63,534 bases of DNA, filler included, from Perkinsus chesapeaki ATCC PRA-425 (GCA_013115145.1; 18 parts of 18 records of this genome joined end to end with filler, not necessarily neighbours in it); one strand, 5' to 3'. Counted from the first letter of the whole stretch, positions 49,310 to 62,147 are shown. Notes: generated from the letters alone by a model not told the origin. Numbers and translations are program-made.

Positions 49310-49925
49310 TACTGAATAACGATGAAAGTAGAGTACTGCGAAAGAAAACCATCCTTCCGAGACTGATGGAAATGGTATGTTCAACTTCGCCAAAGTTACT
49401 TTGGGTTCCCATTGTCCGGGACAATTTTGCTCTGGCGTCGCGTCGCAACGGTTGGAGCTACTACTGCTCCATGTCCTATTACTGCGCTTTGTATTAGTCC
49501 CGCGCTGTCAGCGGGTCAGTAGTGCAGCACTACTAGTGCTGTTCCAGTACCGTAGACACGGAAGCCGTAATCGTCGGCCAGAGTTGAGTCCATCCATGGT
49601 ACAATGGCGCTACCTACCAGGGACGGGTTTGGTGGCTGGTGTATAACTGTTAGTCTCAGTTAGACAGCCAGGCTTTGGTGTCCCCCAAATGGTGCCACCG
49701 TCAGGCTGTACGGGCCCAACGTATGTCACTTTCGGGCCCAACGTATGTCATACCAAAAAAGGTGGTTTAGACGAAGAAAANNNNNNNNNNNNNNNNNNNN
49801 NNNNNNNNNNNNNNNNNNNNNNNNTTAATTAATTAANNNNNNNNNNNNNNNNNNNNNNNNNNNNNNNNNNNNNNNNNNNNTAAAGATGAGATATCCGAAG
49901 GAAAATTTTATTCGCATTTGATCCC

Positions 49926-50621
49926 ATGTCAGCCCCACTTACGGCCAGCCGTGGAGAATGTCGCAAAGGAGGTTGGTGGCAAGAACACGTCACCTGTCGC
50001 CGAGATTTCACTTTGGATCCGGTCCTACATCTCTCCTATGAGCTTGATGAGTCCTGGGATATACTCACCAATAACGACGGCAAGTTCAAGCGGACCGGTA
50101 TCAACTTCAACGACCTTCCTGGAGACCCGTCAAATGAAATTGAGTTTCGGAATGGTCGCATGTATGGTTCCGTTGAGGACGAGCGGATTATAGTTTATAA
50201 TCCACGGACGAAGACTTGGGACACCCAAGCGATGGTAGAAGACACTCCTTCAGCGTTCGATGTATCAACGCTCGGCTCGGGGGGCTGCCGCGTCGTCTAC
50301 TCGGACAATTTCAAGCCATGGCAAGTGAGCGTTATCTACGAGGATTCCACTGAACGCAAGATTGGCGGATTTGCCCGAAACACGTTCGCAGTGTTCGTGA
50401 CGCCGGACGTGATTGTCGCCGATGATAGCAACGGACCTGACACTGTAACTCTGAACTTGATCGATATCCACTCCCCCGAAATGAATGCCAGAGTTCTATG
50501 TAGAGTTAGTTTGAATATCAATCCTGCTGACTGTCTGCAAGGTATGGAAGTGAGCCCTTGTGGGGACGTTATCTACATCGAGACTCTGGCATCAACGAGA
50601 TTGATAACAGTTATATACTGA
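49926..50621 (+). CDS. Hypothetical protein, beta-strand-rich (propeller-like), probably 5'-incomplete
   Basis: 231-aa ORF with repeated short strands (IIVYNPRTKTWD, AFDVS, VFVTPDVIVA, MEVSPCGDVIYI). Confidence 0.55.
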   Translation: MSAPLTASRGECRKGGWWQEHVTCRRDFTLDPVLHLSYELDESWDILTNNDGKFKRTGINFNDLPGDPSNEIEFRNGRMYGSVEDERIIVYNPRTKTWDTQAMVEDTPSAFDVSTLGSGGCRVVYSDNFKPWQVSVIYEDSTERKIGGFARNTFAVFVTPDVIVADDSNGPDTVTLNLIDIHSPEMNARVLCRVSLNINPADCLQGMEVSPCGDVIYIETLASTRLITVIY

Positions 50622-51367
50622 GGTGCATTACAGCTTGTATTTATATTGGTTTTTGTATACTTGGTGAAAGTGTATTTTATATCGGCGGTTTGTCTGAGAT
50701 GAGCCCAACGGGCCCTGTAGACGGCCAGCACCGCAGCTTACGATATCATTGATGAGAACACTCTGTTTGATGCTGTTACCATACAGAATATCTGCTATCA
50801 TTTGAAATGCGGCAATGCCCGCGTAGACGTTACGTCTGTTTGGTCGTGCTTTCTTTTAATTAGACATCTTGTGTTTTTCTTAATACATAGGATCACTTGA
50901 CTGGTCACAAAATAACCTCACTTTCGGGTGCCCAAGATATTATGGCATTGGATCAGGTTCATTTTATCAGGTCATATGCTCGAACTCGGTGGGGAGAAAC
51001 CAAGGGAACCCTGGTGAACAGACAGGGAAGTGGGACAGGTATGGTTTTGTAAGTCAAAAGCAGCAGCAGCCACCCTAGAGTACGTAGCAAAGAATTCGGT
51101 GTTCACTAACACCTTGCTGCTAAGGCCAATTCCCATCCAACGTGCTTGTAGACTACGGTTGTGGTGAGTAGAACACTGATGTTGACCTATTTAACTGGCA
51201 ATAACAACTCAATAAATAATGTAATGTCCATCGGAAATAATTCCATTAGCATCATCATCAACAACAANNNNNNNNNNNNNNNNNNNNNNNNNNNNNNNNN
51301 NNNNNNNNNNNTTAATTAATTAANNNNNNNNNNNNNNNNNNNNNNNNNNNNNNNNNNNNNNNNNNNN

Positions 51368-51717
51368 AACCGATAATACGATGTATGCTTGGTTCTGAAA
51401 GGCAGAGGAAGATTGTTACTAACAACATCAACCGGCTGCCACCAATTGCTCGGGTGATACTCAATCGGTCTATTAAACTAAATCAATATCGGCACAGGTT
51501 GAGGCAGTGTGACAGTCCGATATGTACCAAATGCGGAACCCGGGATGATGGGGAGCATAAGATATTAAAATGCTTGATGATAGAGAATAGACCGGATTGG
51601 CTCAATTCTTTGGCTAGCTTGGGTCAGTTCTCCATTTCCGAAAGCAGACTAATATCGTTATTTGAGATATGCCGGGAAGTGGAAAGCCTTCCGAGGCCGG
51701 CTACTTCCTCGGAGTAA
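51368..51717 (+). mobile_element. Non-LTR retrotransposon (LINE) ORF2 C-terminal fragment
   Basis: LNQYRHRLRQCDSPICTKCGTRDDGEHKILKC is the C-x2-C-x8-H-x4-C knuckle typical of LINE ORF2 ends. Confidence 0.7.
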
Positions 51718-51831
51718 GGTCATCTTTCGAGATTTTTGTATTATTGAATGTTTCAATATGTGGTCTTGAGTCTGACTAAGCCTATGGCGTCGGACTTAAA
51801 ACTCTCAACAACAACAACAACAACAACTCCT

Positions 51832-52023
51832 GAGCCTGGCCCCACAACTACTACTGAGCCTGGCCCCACAACTACTACCGAGCCTGGCCCCACAACTACT
51901 ACTGAGCCTGGCCCCACAACTACTACCGAGCCTGGCCCCACAACAACTACTGAGCCCGGCCCCACAACAACTACTGAGCCCGGCCCCACAACAACTACTG
52001 AGCCCGGCCCCACAACTACTACT
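51832..52023 (+). repeat. 24-bp coding-type tandem repeat (EPGPTTTT) x8, mucin-like, within ORF 51748-52050
   Basis: Variation between units is synonymous only (cct/ccc, act/acc/aca); preceded by an (ACA)n run. Confidence 0.85.
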
Positions 52024-53726
52024 GACTCTGACTCAATAATAGTCTCCTAGGCCGATCCACCTGCTACCGTCGTGCTTCGTGCGACTTTCTGGACCAGGAA
52101 TTCTGGCTTTTTGCTCCGCGCATATCTCGCCCTGAGTTTTTTCTCGATTTGATAAGGCGAGGGCCTTGCCGCAAGGCGGCTGTACATCTGCAATGATGTC
52201 ACCTTGCTCGATTCAGAGCTAACTCAGCAACATTTTCTATCATCTCATGAGGCATTGTCCTTGTAGAGAAGCCTCCTGCCGTCTTCCCGAATGATGTCCT
52301 TAGCTTAGCGCTGCACAGTACCAAGTCCTCCGCTTGTTCTGAATCAGAACTTCTGATCTCAAATGGATGCTCGCTTTTAAATATGTGGAGCATTCCTTGT
52401 TGCGCGTAGAGTAAATGAGAGAAGTGCGGGTAGAGTCTGCGGGTACCTACTAGGCACTGCCTAGTTGTGCGTCGGGATGAAATCCCTGACTGTCACCGAA
52501 TATTCTTGCTGGAGCCCATTGAGCACTGCCCAGCAGGACCTACTCCGAGCCCTATCCAGCCTGGGCGTTGCCTACGCCGCGTAGCTGTCTGCCTAGGCCA
52601 ACCAGTACTCAGCTGAAATTAGAGTCACGGACTGCCGATAGACTCTACTAAGTAGCCTAATCCGTGTAGGTGTGGCAGGCTTGATGTGTTTGCCACCCGG
52701 GAATTCTGACACTGCCTCGCCGAGACATGCGACGCAACATGCAAACGCTATCGCTGGCCGCTATTCGCGACTCCGCTCTATGGTACGCGCCTGGCACAGA
52801 TTTAGGACAACTCTGTCATACTGTGGCAGCGACAGTGACAGAGCCACTATGGAACGTTCCTGACAGACGTATGCAAGACTCACAATGTAACACTCACGGT
52901 CTCTGATTGGATCCCAGCGGTATGACGGCAGGCTGCTCCCGACCGTTCGGATCGTCTGAACCGGATACCGTGCTCCGGGGTTCTCAGACTGGGTCTTCAC
53001 TACAAGTATGAGGACTTCATGGCCTTAGCTCAAATTGGTGCCGGTTTAATAAAGTAGTGTGCGCCACATACTATGTGATATAGACTAGGTCACTTGGTGA
53101 TTGGACTCAATCGTCAATGAATACTCTCTGCTGGAAATAACCCCCCTTCCGACCGCTATTCTCACTCGGAATTTCCAGCAAGCCTGTTGAAAGAATGCTG
53201 CGGCAGCATTGCTGCCCGAGAAAAAATAATATATATAATATAACAACGTATTACTCATCTATATCTTTGCTAATATATTAGTTGTAAAATTTTTATCGCA
53301 CTGGATTTATATTGGTACTCTTTAATATATGATATTCTATAGCCCATGTTATATTATATCAATTATAGAGTATAGTACCAAGTAATAACTTATAATGAAG
53401 ACTCTTCAATGAAGGGTATAATATTATTTTCATCAGTCTAGATATTAATATATAATTATCAATAGTATTATGAGCTAGTTATGTTAGGTAACCCGACCGA
53501 TTTATATGTCTCGGCTTAAGAGATAATACACCTGTGTTATGAGAGCTTCCACGTTATGTGGGCCACATATCCGTCACAAGTGGGTCGTGACAGCCGCTTT
53601 GTCTCTATCTTGGTCATGTACAAGTANNNNNNNNNNNNNNNNNNNNNNNNNNNNNNNNNNNNNNNNNNNNTTAATTAATTAANNNNNNNNNNNNNNNNNN
53701 NNNNNNNNNNNNNNNNNNNNNNNNNN

Positions 53727-53928
53727 GATCAATCATTTTAACCAAAGTATCAACATCCCCACATGATGGCCCCATAGTGCATATCAACTTAGTCTTCCTT
53801 TGAAATGAATCTTCTTGCATTCCATCCCACTCGGCCAATGCAGCGAGGTTATCAGGCACGACAATCTCAGCCTCACCGATTACACCACAACCATCTATTC
53901 GGCGACCACTGAACCCGTGATCAGGCAT
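53727..53928 (-). CDS. pyk: Pyruvate kinase copy A (N-terminus only, truncated by the contig end)
   Basis: QRKTKLICTMGPSCGDVDTLVKMID, paralogous to copy B. Confidence 0.9.
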
Positions 53929-54318
53929 TTGTTATAAAATTATGATAACAGTTAACTACTCGAATGCATCCTCACCCTGTTTGACAATCCTCCATTGTAT
54001 TTAATAAGTGACACAAAACGAGTAGCTCTTTGTGCGATGTAGCTGTCTCCTTCCATAAGAAGCTTTAGATGCTAGCCATGCCTTTACCTATTCAACACAA
54101 TGACACATATCTTGTTATGGTAAAATTCCCTTTGTAGCCTAAGCTTATTTATAGTAATACCAGCAGCAGTATCAGCAGTGATAGGTAAGTCAGATTGATG
54201 ACGAGCAGTAATAGCAGTTTTAACGTTGATATCATATGTAATCGATTATTATTTAGTCTAATACGAATAACACTTCTCATCATGATGACAATTGTTGTTG
54301 TTGTTGCCTGCCATTGAA

Positions 54319-55890
54319 CTACTCAACTGGAAGGACCTTAACAAGGTTGGTAGCACCAGCAGTCTCCTCCTTCATACCATGAACGGCAACAACTTTATCA
54401 CCAGTCTTTAATAGACCAACTTCTTTACCATAGCTTATAGCACTTTGAATAACATGATCAGTGCCTTGGAATGATGGGACCTTAAGAGATATAACACCAC
54501 GAATAACACAGAGATGCTTAACAGTGGAGTCGGCAGCAGCAAGAGCCAATACTTGAACACCAGGACGGTATTTAGCCAACAGACGAGCAGTACTTCCGGT
54601 CTCCGTGAGGGCTATGATTAACGAGGCCTTAACTTCACCAGCGAGCTCAACTGCAGCTGAGCAGACTGATTCGACAACAGTGAGCCCATTAGGGTTGGCA
54701 TTCATCACAGCCTCACGAATGCGAAGGTATAGGGTTTCATAGTCGATAACTTCCTCCGCCTCTTCACAGATGCGACGTTGAATGGAGATGGCATTGATTG
54801 GGAAGCTACCTCCAGCTGATTCACCAGAAAGCATCACACCATCGGTACCATCAAGGACAGCATTGGCAACATCACTAGCCTCAGCACGAGTAGGTCTTGG
54901 ATTGCTTACCATCGATTCAAGCATTTGAGTGGCGGTAATGACGGGCTTGCCGCGTAGGTTGCAGCGCGCCATCATCATCTTTTGGGCGAGAAAGACCTTC
55001 TCAGGAGGGATTTCCATACCAAGATCACCACGAGCAATCATAATACCATCGGAAGCAGCCAGGATATCATCGAAGTTTTTAAGGCCTTCTTCGTTCTCTA
55101 TTTTGGAGATCAGATGGACGTTGCGTCCACGTTCACCCATCAACTTACGAAGACCACGAATATCATCACCGTGCTGGACGAAGGAAACAGCGATGAAGTT
55201 GATTCCGTTAGGGATACCCCAGTTCATGATATCATTGGCCTCCTTCTCACCAATGCAAGGTAGATCAACTTTAACTCCAGGAAGGTTCATATTCTTACGT
55301 TCACCAATAGAAGCATTATTCATGACACGAGTTTTAACACCATCTTCGAAGCATTCAAGAACTTGAAGACTTAGTGTACCATCGGCCATGAGGATAGTGG
55401 AACCGGGTTTAACACTCTGAGGGAGCTTGGGATAGCTGCACGCAATCTTACTAGCATCACCCTTGAAGTTGTAGTCGGTGGTGAGGATCAAATCCTGACC
55501 AGCTTGAAGCTGTACTTTACCACCAGCGGCAAAGAACCCCGAACGGATCTCTGGTCCCTTAGTGTCCAACAAAACCGCGACTTCCCTGCCGGGGCGCTGC
55601 TTGAGAGCTTCCTTAAGATTCTTAAGGGTATTGGAATGAGTCTCAAAGTCACCATGTGAGAAGTTAAACCTCGCAACGTTGAGCCCCTGATCAATCATTT
55701 TAACCAAAGTATCAACATCCCAACAAGATGGTCCCATAGTGCATATCAACTTAGTCTTCCTCTGTAGGGAATCAGCAGCACTACCATCCCAGGATGATAT
55801 CTTAGACATATCATCGGATATGGCAATAGCTGCTTGACCAAGGACAGCATATCCCTGTACCATACGCCCACTAAATCCGTGATAAGACAT
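54319..55890 (-). CDS. pyk: Pyruvate kinase copy B (complete, intronless, 523 aa)
   Basis: ICTMGP, RFNFSHG, DTKGPEIR, SKIEN, IARGDLG, ATQMLESM, PTRAE, MLSGE motifs. Confidence 0.97.
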   Translation of the reverse strand: MSYHGFSGRMVQGYAVLGQAAIAISDDMSKISSWDGSAADSLQRKTKLICTMGPSCWDVDTLVKMIDQGLNVARFNFSHGDFETHSNTLKNLKEALKQRPGREVAVLLDTKGPEIRSGFFAAGGKVQLQAGQDLILTTDYNFKGDASKIACSYPKLPQSVKPGSTILMADGTLSLQVLECFEDGVKTRVMNNASIGERKNMNLPGVKVDLPCIGEKEANDIMNWGIPNGINFIAVSFVQHGDDIRGLRKLMGERGRNVHLISKIENEEGLKNFDDILAASDGIMIARGDLGMEIPPEKVFLAQKMMMARCNLRGKPVITATQMLESMVSNPRPTRAEASDVANAVLDGTDGVMLSGESAGGSFPINAISIQRRICEEAEEVIDYETLYLRIREAVMNANPNGLTVVESVCSAAVELAGEVKASLIIALTETGSTARLLAKYRPGVQVLALAAADSTVKHLCVIRGVISLKVPSFQGTDHVIQSAISYGKEVGLLKTGDKVVAVHGMKEETAGATNLVKVLPVE

Positions 55891-56474
55891 TTAACAGCTA
55901 TTCAGAGAGATCAGTAAGCTGAAAAGATTAGCAACGTTCGAGCGCACTAACATGTGATTCCCACCTCACACTACCTTACGTCCTCAGCGCGGGCCGGACC
56001 ATGCACGCACGCGCATGCTCTGCCATAGCGGGGCTAGCGCGACTGGTCGGTGAGGTGAGAGGACCTCAACGAGCAACCAATCTAGAACTAGAGACTCTTT
56101 TACGGTATTGAGGGGTTCCTATTTATCAATGGCTGGCAGAGAACCCGGTCGCTCCTCTATAGTCGTCATTAGTCCCACCCGACAGGCGCTTGAAGATCTG
56201 TACGCGTGCGCAAGAGAACAACGCGCACGCGGATGGAATTCATTCGTTTACCTAGATAAATGAGACGTAATAAGGAGCAGTTACCCTGTAAATTGACTAT
56301 TAAGACTACCAACACAAGCATAGTGTTGAAGCGGCATCACAGCGGAGTAACCGACTGCTCAGGCCGAATGGCTAACTGTTACGCCAAGAATGCACCACTG
56401 TAAGTGGTAAGAATAGGAACACTCGTGAGAAGAAAACCCACGATATCAATGGTAGTTTATAAAACGTACATTAT

Positions 56475-57068
56475 TTACTCAACATAGATGACCTCAGTCA
56501 TGTTGGTAGCACCGGCGGTGTTCTCCTTGACGCCGTGGACGGCAACAACCTTATCACCAACCTTCACAAGACCAACCTGTTTGGCGTACTCGAGGGCCCT
56601 GGCCATAACAGCCTCGGTATCCTTGAGGGACTCAACCTCGAAGGGGAGGACACCACGGGCAACAGCAGTGTGGGCAACAGTGTGCTTGTTATCGGTGATG
56701 CACAAGATCTGTTGACGAGGGCGATACTTGGCCAAGAGACGAGAAGTGGAACCAGTCTGGCTGAAGGCGAGGATGAGAGAGGCGTTGACCTCAGAAGCGA
56801 GACCAACAGCGTTGGCGCAGATGGACTCGGAGACGGAGAGACCCTCAGGGTGCTTGTTCATGACAGCCTCACGGATGCGAAGATAGAGGGAGTCGTAGTC
56901 AATGACGGCCTCGGCGTTCTCGCAGATGCGACGCTGGATGGAGATGGCGTTGACGGGGAACTTACCGTTGGCGGCCTCACCAGAAAGCATGACACCATCG
57001 GTACCATCAAGGACGGCATCGGCGACATCACTGACCTCAGCACGAGTAGGTCTGGGGTTCTCAATCAT
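56475..57068 (-). CDS. pyk: Pyruvate kinase copy C (C-terminal part)
   Basis: [44 protein letters not shown]...GATN. Confidence 0.95.
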   Translation of the reverse strand: MIENPRPTRAEVSDVADAVLDGTDGVMLSGEAANGKFPVNAISIQRRICENAEAVIDYDSLYLRIREAVMNKHPEGLSVSESICANAVGLASEVNASLILAFSQTGSTSRLLAKYRPRQQILCITDNKHTVAHTAVARGVLPFEVESLKDTEAVMARALEYAKQVGLVKVGDKVVAVHGVKENTAGATNMTEVIYVE

Positions 57069-57309
57069 NNNNNNNNNNNNNNNNNNNNNNNNNNNNNNNN
57101 NNNNNNNNNNNNTTAATTAATTAANNNNNNNNNNNNNNNNNNNNNNNNNNNNNNNNNNNNNNNNNNNNAGAGAAAACTTGGTCACCTGAAGGAAAAAGTT
57201 GACCCGCGGAAGAAAATTCTTGCCTTCGGCAAGAATATCCCGCCAACTCGTTAATAAGCTAACAAAATGTGATTGTGAGTGCTTCAGGATGGCACAAAGT
57301 GAAAACAGC

Positions 57310-57570
57310 CACAACAATGTCTACAACAACGACCATAACAACTGCTACAACAACGACCATAACAACTGCTACAACAACGACCGTAATAACTGCTACATCA
57401 ACGACCATATCGACGACCATATGACCGACCAGTGGTCGGCGACCACAACAACTGCTGCAACAGCGACCACAACAACGAGCACAGCAACTGCTACAACAAC
57501 AACCATAGAAGCGGCCACAACAACGAGCACAACAACTGCTACAACAACGACCGTAATAACTGCTACATCA
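57310..57570. repeat. Low-complexity degenerate tandem repeat (aacaacgaccataacaactgctac and variants)
   Basis: Seen directly; gives Asn/Thr-rich frames on + and Val-rich frames on -. Confidence 0.8.
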
Positions 57571-57956
57571 CTAAGATGTCGAGTCGACATCTTAGCACGA
57601 AAACGTCTCGAGGAACGCTTCCTAACCTTAGTTATTCTCCCACTCGAGATGATACGATTCGGTAAGTCTATATCCTTATTGGAACTCTTGCCGCTACGTG
57701 TCAACACCATAGTTACTAGTAATGCCTAACTCTATAGACAATGTGATAATTGATCATTATCCATTTCACCGTGCTTCGCTCCGCTCGTCAATTGTGACAT
57801 CTTAGGATGATTTTGTGTAAGATGTGTTTTACTTAGCCTAGCGCTAGGGGAACTCAACAATTTATTGTATATATTATATAAGCTTCCTACAATCATTTAT
57901 TGATTGTGTTATCAATTCCTTAAGAACAAGGACATTCTACCGGGATCTGTTAAAAG

Positions 57957-60660
57957 ATGGGTTTGCCTCGTGAACGTAATGAACTTGGACAGTTTACATC
58001 TACTCGTAGACATGCTCCTGGCACTGTGGCACCTGCTGGTACACAAGATAGTGTTGAAGATGATAGGAGGCAAGAAGATCCTCCAGTTCAACTTGCAGGT
58101 AGTGCAATAGCAGAAAACGATGGTTCTTTAAATGGTTCAAGCTCGACAAGTCCATTGCGTAAAGACCCTCCTGTTCTTCCACCGACTATTAACACTGGTT
58201 TGGAGAATGATCCTAAGATCAGTTTCAGCTCTTCTTCAGGCTGGATGTCTCCCATTGGATCTTCTATCGGGTTCCGGAAATATTCCGAGTCATTGGATCA
58301 TCCAGAACTTGAGAAGATCGTTGGGGATGCAGTGAGCCGGGCTATGAATAGCTTGGTGTCTACTCTTGGTTTAAATGGTGGTCGAGAACATTCTGCGACT
58401 CAGCCTCGAGCCGAACGCCAAAACTTGCCTAGAATTCGGTCTGTATCGGCTGACGGTGACTATCAACAGGTACGGCTCGAAACTGGCCGCAAGTCTGGAG
58501 CAAATCGTCGTCAGAGAGATGAAAATCTTGGCGCGGATGAAGCTACTGACTATTATGATAGTGAGTTGAGCGATAGCGATGCGGAGTTACCTCCTCTCGC
58601 GCCTCGTTTGACTCGTAAAAAGGTTATGTCTGCTCCTGCTTCAACAAAGATTGCTGCACCTGCTGCCCCTATACCGTATGCGATAAATGAGGACGTTGAC
58701 ATCACGGATGCTGATAAGGTTTCTAAGGCATGGAAGTCATCCGGTCAGTTTCCGAAGATTGACCCATTCCTAGGTGATACTGACCCCCGTGGTATCCGTC
58801 AGTTTTATTCGTTGGTTACTACTACTAAGTCGTATCGGTTTGCCAATGCTGCTGAGCAATATTTCTTTGTTTATCGGTGCCTCGATGGTAAACCTTCTCG
58901 TCTTGTGGACAAGCATATGAAACATTATCATATTTCTCAGACATTTAGTGGGCTGCTTAAGGAGATGTGAAAGGTCTTGTATGATGAATATTCATCATCG
59001 GGAGATTACTTCCAAGTGAGGCGGCGTCTTATGGTTATTAGAATGGCTTCTGGTGACTATGGAACTATTATTTCCAGATACGAGGATTTTTGTGACGAGT
59101 TTATCAACTTGGCCGAGCAATTACTTGACGACGATGACTTAAGTGAGAAAGCTTACCGGAAGGAGATTGTTGGGTATTTTCTGCATGGCTTAGATCCTCC
59201 TGTTACTAGGAGAATAGAGCGTGATTATGAGCCAGAAGAATTGGAAGTGATATCTTTCAATACTCTGAAGCATAAAGCTCGTTCTATCTGTAGATATTTG
59301 GCATCTAAGACACCATCCACATCGACCAGTAATGGTACCGCCGTTTTGAACAGCCAGATTAATGCCATCTCAACAGCCTGTAGTAGCGATACCTCGTTTA
59401 TTTCTCCATATACTCGATCGGAATTGATGAAATTTCGGTGCCAACGGTGTCGCTCTCAGGATCATCCCACTTATTCTTGTCCATTAACTGTGGCCCCAGG
59501 GCTTGCTAGTGGAGAGAGATGTGATAAGTGTGGATTGTATCATCCTACTGCCGAAGAAAGGCTACGGTGTAAGGCTCGTGACAGCTCTCAGTTAGTATGT
59601 GTCAGATGTCGGCAAGTTGGCCATTTGGCTAGAGTATGTCCAACAGAGTTTGCTAGCCCATTTCCTAAAGAGGAGAGGAATAAAGAATGCTAAGAATGGT
59701 AGGAAACCTTATGATGCAGCGAGAGCTACGCCTGATGACAAGGTTGTTGATAAAGAGGTGCCTACTGCAAACAAATTTGCTGGCATGGCTGTGATGAAAA
59801 TGGATCCTACATCGCAAGAAAGCGATACACTTGATGTTGGTATGCTAAGTGCAGCTGCTGTTCGAGCCTCGAACAGCAGCTGCACTTAAGAAGGAGGAGT
59901 ACCGAGAACCTCTCCACTGCAGTACGATTGATACGGTTAAATCGGATGAAAACTCCACTAATAATGACGGTGAGACCGTAGTGCCTTTACGACTAATTCC
60001 TGATGATGATGCTGTTGATGGTCGCCCCACTGTAGGCATACCGTGGAGAAATCGAAATGAGCGCCCTCCACCTAATTTTAAGACTTGTTATGTCCGTGAT
60101 AAGAGGACATTTGAAAGGCTTAATGAGAAAGAGATCAAGCAATGCCTTGAGGTATTTCAAGTATTTATTGACCGCAACTATGTTCAGCCCACTTTACCAT
60201 TCCCCCCAACTAGTTCAGAAGCGTGTTACCCGAAAGATGACAAGTTGTCATTGACAACGAGCTCTTTGATGAAGGATCTCATAAACTGTGTCTGACAAAA
60301 CGCTTTATTTCGACATTTCCAGTAAGAGATATGGTGTCTGTGTCTACCAAACTTCGCTTGGTTTTAGACGCACGACCTGATAATTGCTTCTTACTGCCTA
60401 CGGCTTCTGGGAAGAGAGGAACAAGATCGAGTCTTTACTACAATATTATCTACTTCAGATGTAGTGATTATCATATTTTATTGGATCCATCATCCGCATT
60501 CTTAGAAGTTTCTCTGGCTTGTGGGGATCGAGAACATGCTGGAACCATCATGAATGGTAAAGCTTTTAAGTTTGATTGAATGCCATTTGGCTCTATGTAC
60601 AGTCCGTATGGCTTATGGTTGTCGATGAATAGGATAATAGTTTATTGGAAAGAAAATGCA
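57957..60660 (+). mobile_element. Decayed BEL/Pao-like LTR retrotransposon (gag plus start of pol; no recognisable protease)
   Basis: Gag 57957-59693 (in-frame TGA at 58968) with three Cys/His knuckles (CQRCRSQDHPTYSC, CDKCGLYH...C, CVRCRQVGHLARVC). Then VGIPW...PPPN, LRLVLDAR, SAFLEV, MPFG with stops and frameshifts. Confidence 0.78.
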
Positions 60661-60851
60661 TCTGATGATGGTAACCTATGTTGCTGTGCGCGGATTCCAA
60701 CTTGTTTACTTGTACTTACTTGCACTTCCCATTTGTAGCTAAAGGGCACGCNNNNNNNNNNNNNNNNNNNNNNNNNNNNNNNNNNNNNNNNNNNNTTAAT
60801 TAATTAANNNNNNNNNNNNNNNNNNNNNNNNNNNNNNNNNNNNNNNNNNNN

Positions 60852-62147
60852 AACGTTATCAACAGATAATACATGGTCAATATTAACAGGACCAACTAAC
60901 CTCGCCGTAGGATCAGCATCATCTTGTAAATAAAGAGACCCATTCTTAGTAACTTCCTTAACCTTCAATGGTTTAGACCAACGATAACCCAGGCGAGTAT
61001 TAGTAAAACGTCGGACCAACACCATATCTCCGACTTTAATAGAAGGAGCATCTTTTCTAGTATTATCATAACGCGCCTTTTGCTTCAAACGATCATCAAG
61101 AGTTGCATCTCGCATAAATGCGAAACCTTCTCTCATAACTCGCTTCAATTTATCAGAAAAGGCCTCGTAATCAGCAGCATTTAAATTCTGGGGTTGCAGA
61201 GGTTGATCAACTATAGCTGTTCAAAAGGCAACCTTGGTCGTCTTCCATAAATAAGCTCATAAGGACATAACGATATATTGGGTAAAGTTCGTACATTATG
61301 TGCGAAAGTAACACTAGCCAATGCCAGTTCCCAATCCTCTTCTTCACATAACCCTTCTTTAATAAGAATAACCAAATCATGCATAAGTCCTTGATGACTA
61401 CGTTCGTTGGCTCCATTTCCTTGCGGACGGTAAGCAGTAGAAAACGTAACAGGCAACTTAAATAATTCATAAAATTGTTTACTTACGTCAGCAGTGAATT
61501 CACCTCCTCGATCACTGTGCAGTCTATACGGTACACCGTGAATAGCTATAAGATTCTTCCAAATAGCTAAAGCGACCACTTTGCTTTCCTTCAAAGGTAA
61601 TGGGCATGTTATCATATAATGGGAAAAATTACATAATATGACCAAGATATGTCTATTACCAAGACGAGACGTGGGTAAGTCTGTAATTAGATCAATTGAC
61701 GTTATTTGCCAAGGATACTGTAAGACATTAAGCTTCATGTAACCATATGGCGCGGCCACTGCCTTCCGCCGCCAGCACGGTAAACATGACGTTACATATT
61801 TCTTGACCGAAGTAGATAGACCCCACCAAAAATACTTGCTCTTGATAGCTTCATAAGTATTTCTACGACCAGGATGACCCGCAAGGCGACTACCATGAAA
61901 TGCATATAAAATACGTTTCTGCAAAGCCAGAGGTATTACCAAACGGAGACGATGCTCAGGAAGCCCCACATTTTTTCCTTTAAAATATAGAACACCGTCA
62001 ACCAGAATAAAGTAACGTTCTAGCTTCTCACATTTCTTCTTCTCACAGGCAGACAGCTTCCTTGTACACTCACTGCGCTCCTTATTACATAAGTACTCAG
62101 TTAATATAGACCATTGAGGATCTTCTCTTTGCAATGCACTTATTTCT
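60852..62147 (-). mobile_element. Ty3/Gypsy-like integrase fragment with SH3/GPY-like C-terminus
   Basis: HGSRLAGHPG...CLPC finger, SIDLI, HSDRGGEF, GANERSH, VGDMVLVR; frameshift near 61210. Confidence 0.9.

Noticed and set aside
53220-53500. AT-rich island as a mitochondrial insertion (cox/cob)
   Set aside because: Hand translation gave no convincing cox1, cox3 or cob motif.
54929-57116. Long antisense ORFs over the pyruvate kinase genes
   Set aside because: They are shadow frames caused by codon bias on the coding strand.
58968-58970. In-frame TGA codons in retroelements (also 6145 and 60577), suggesting UGA reassignment
   Set aside because: Host genes (ADAL, MFS transporter, thioredoxin) end in TGA. 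The internal TGAs fit TGG>TGA or CGA>TGA decay in copies that also have frameshifts.
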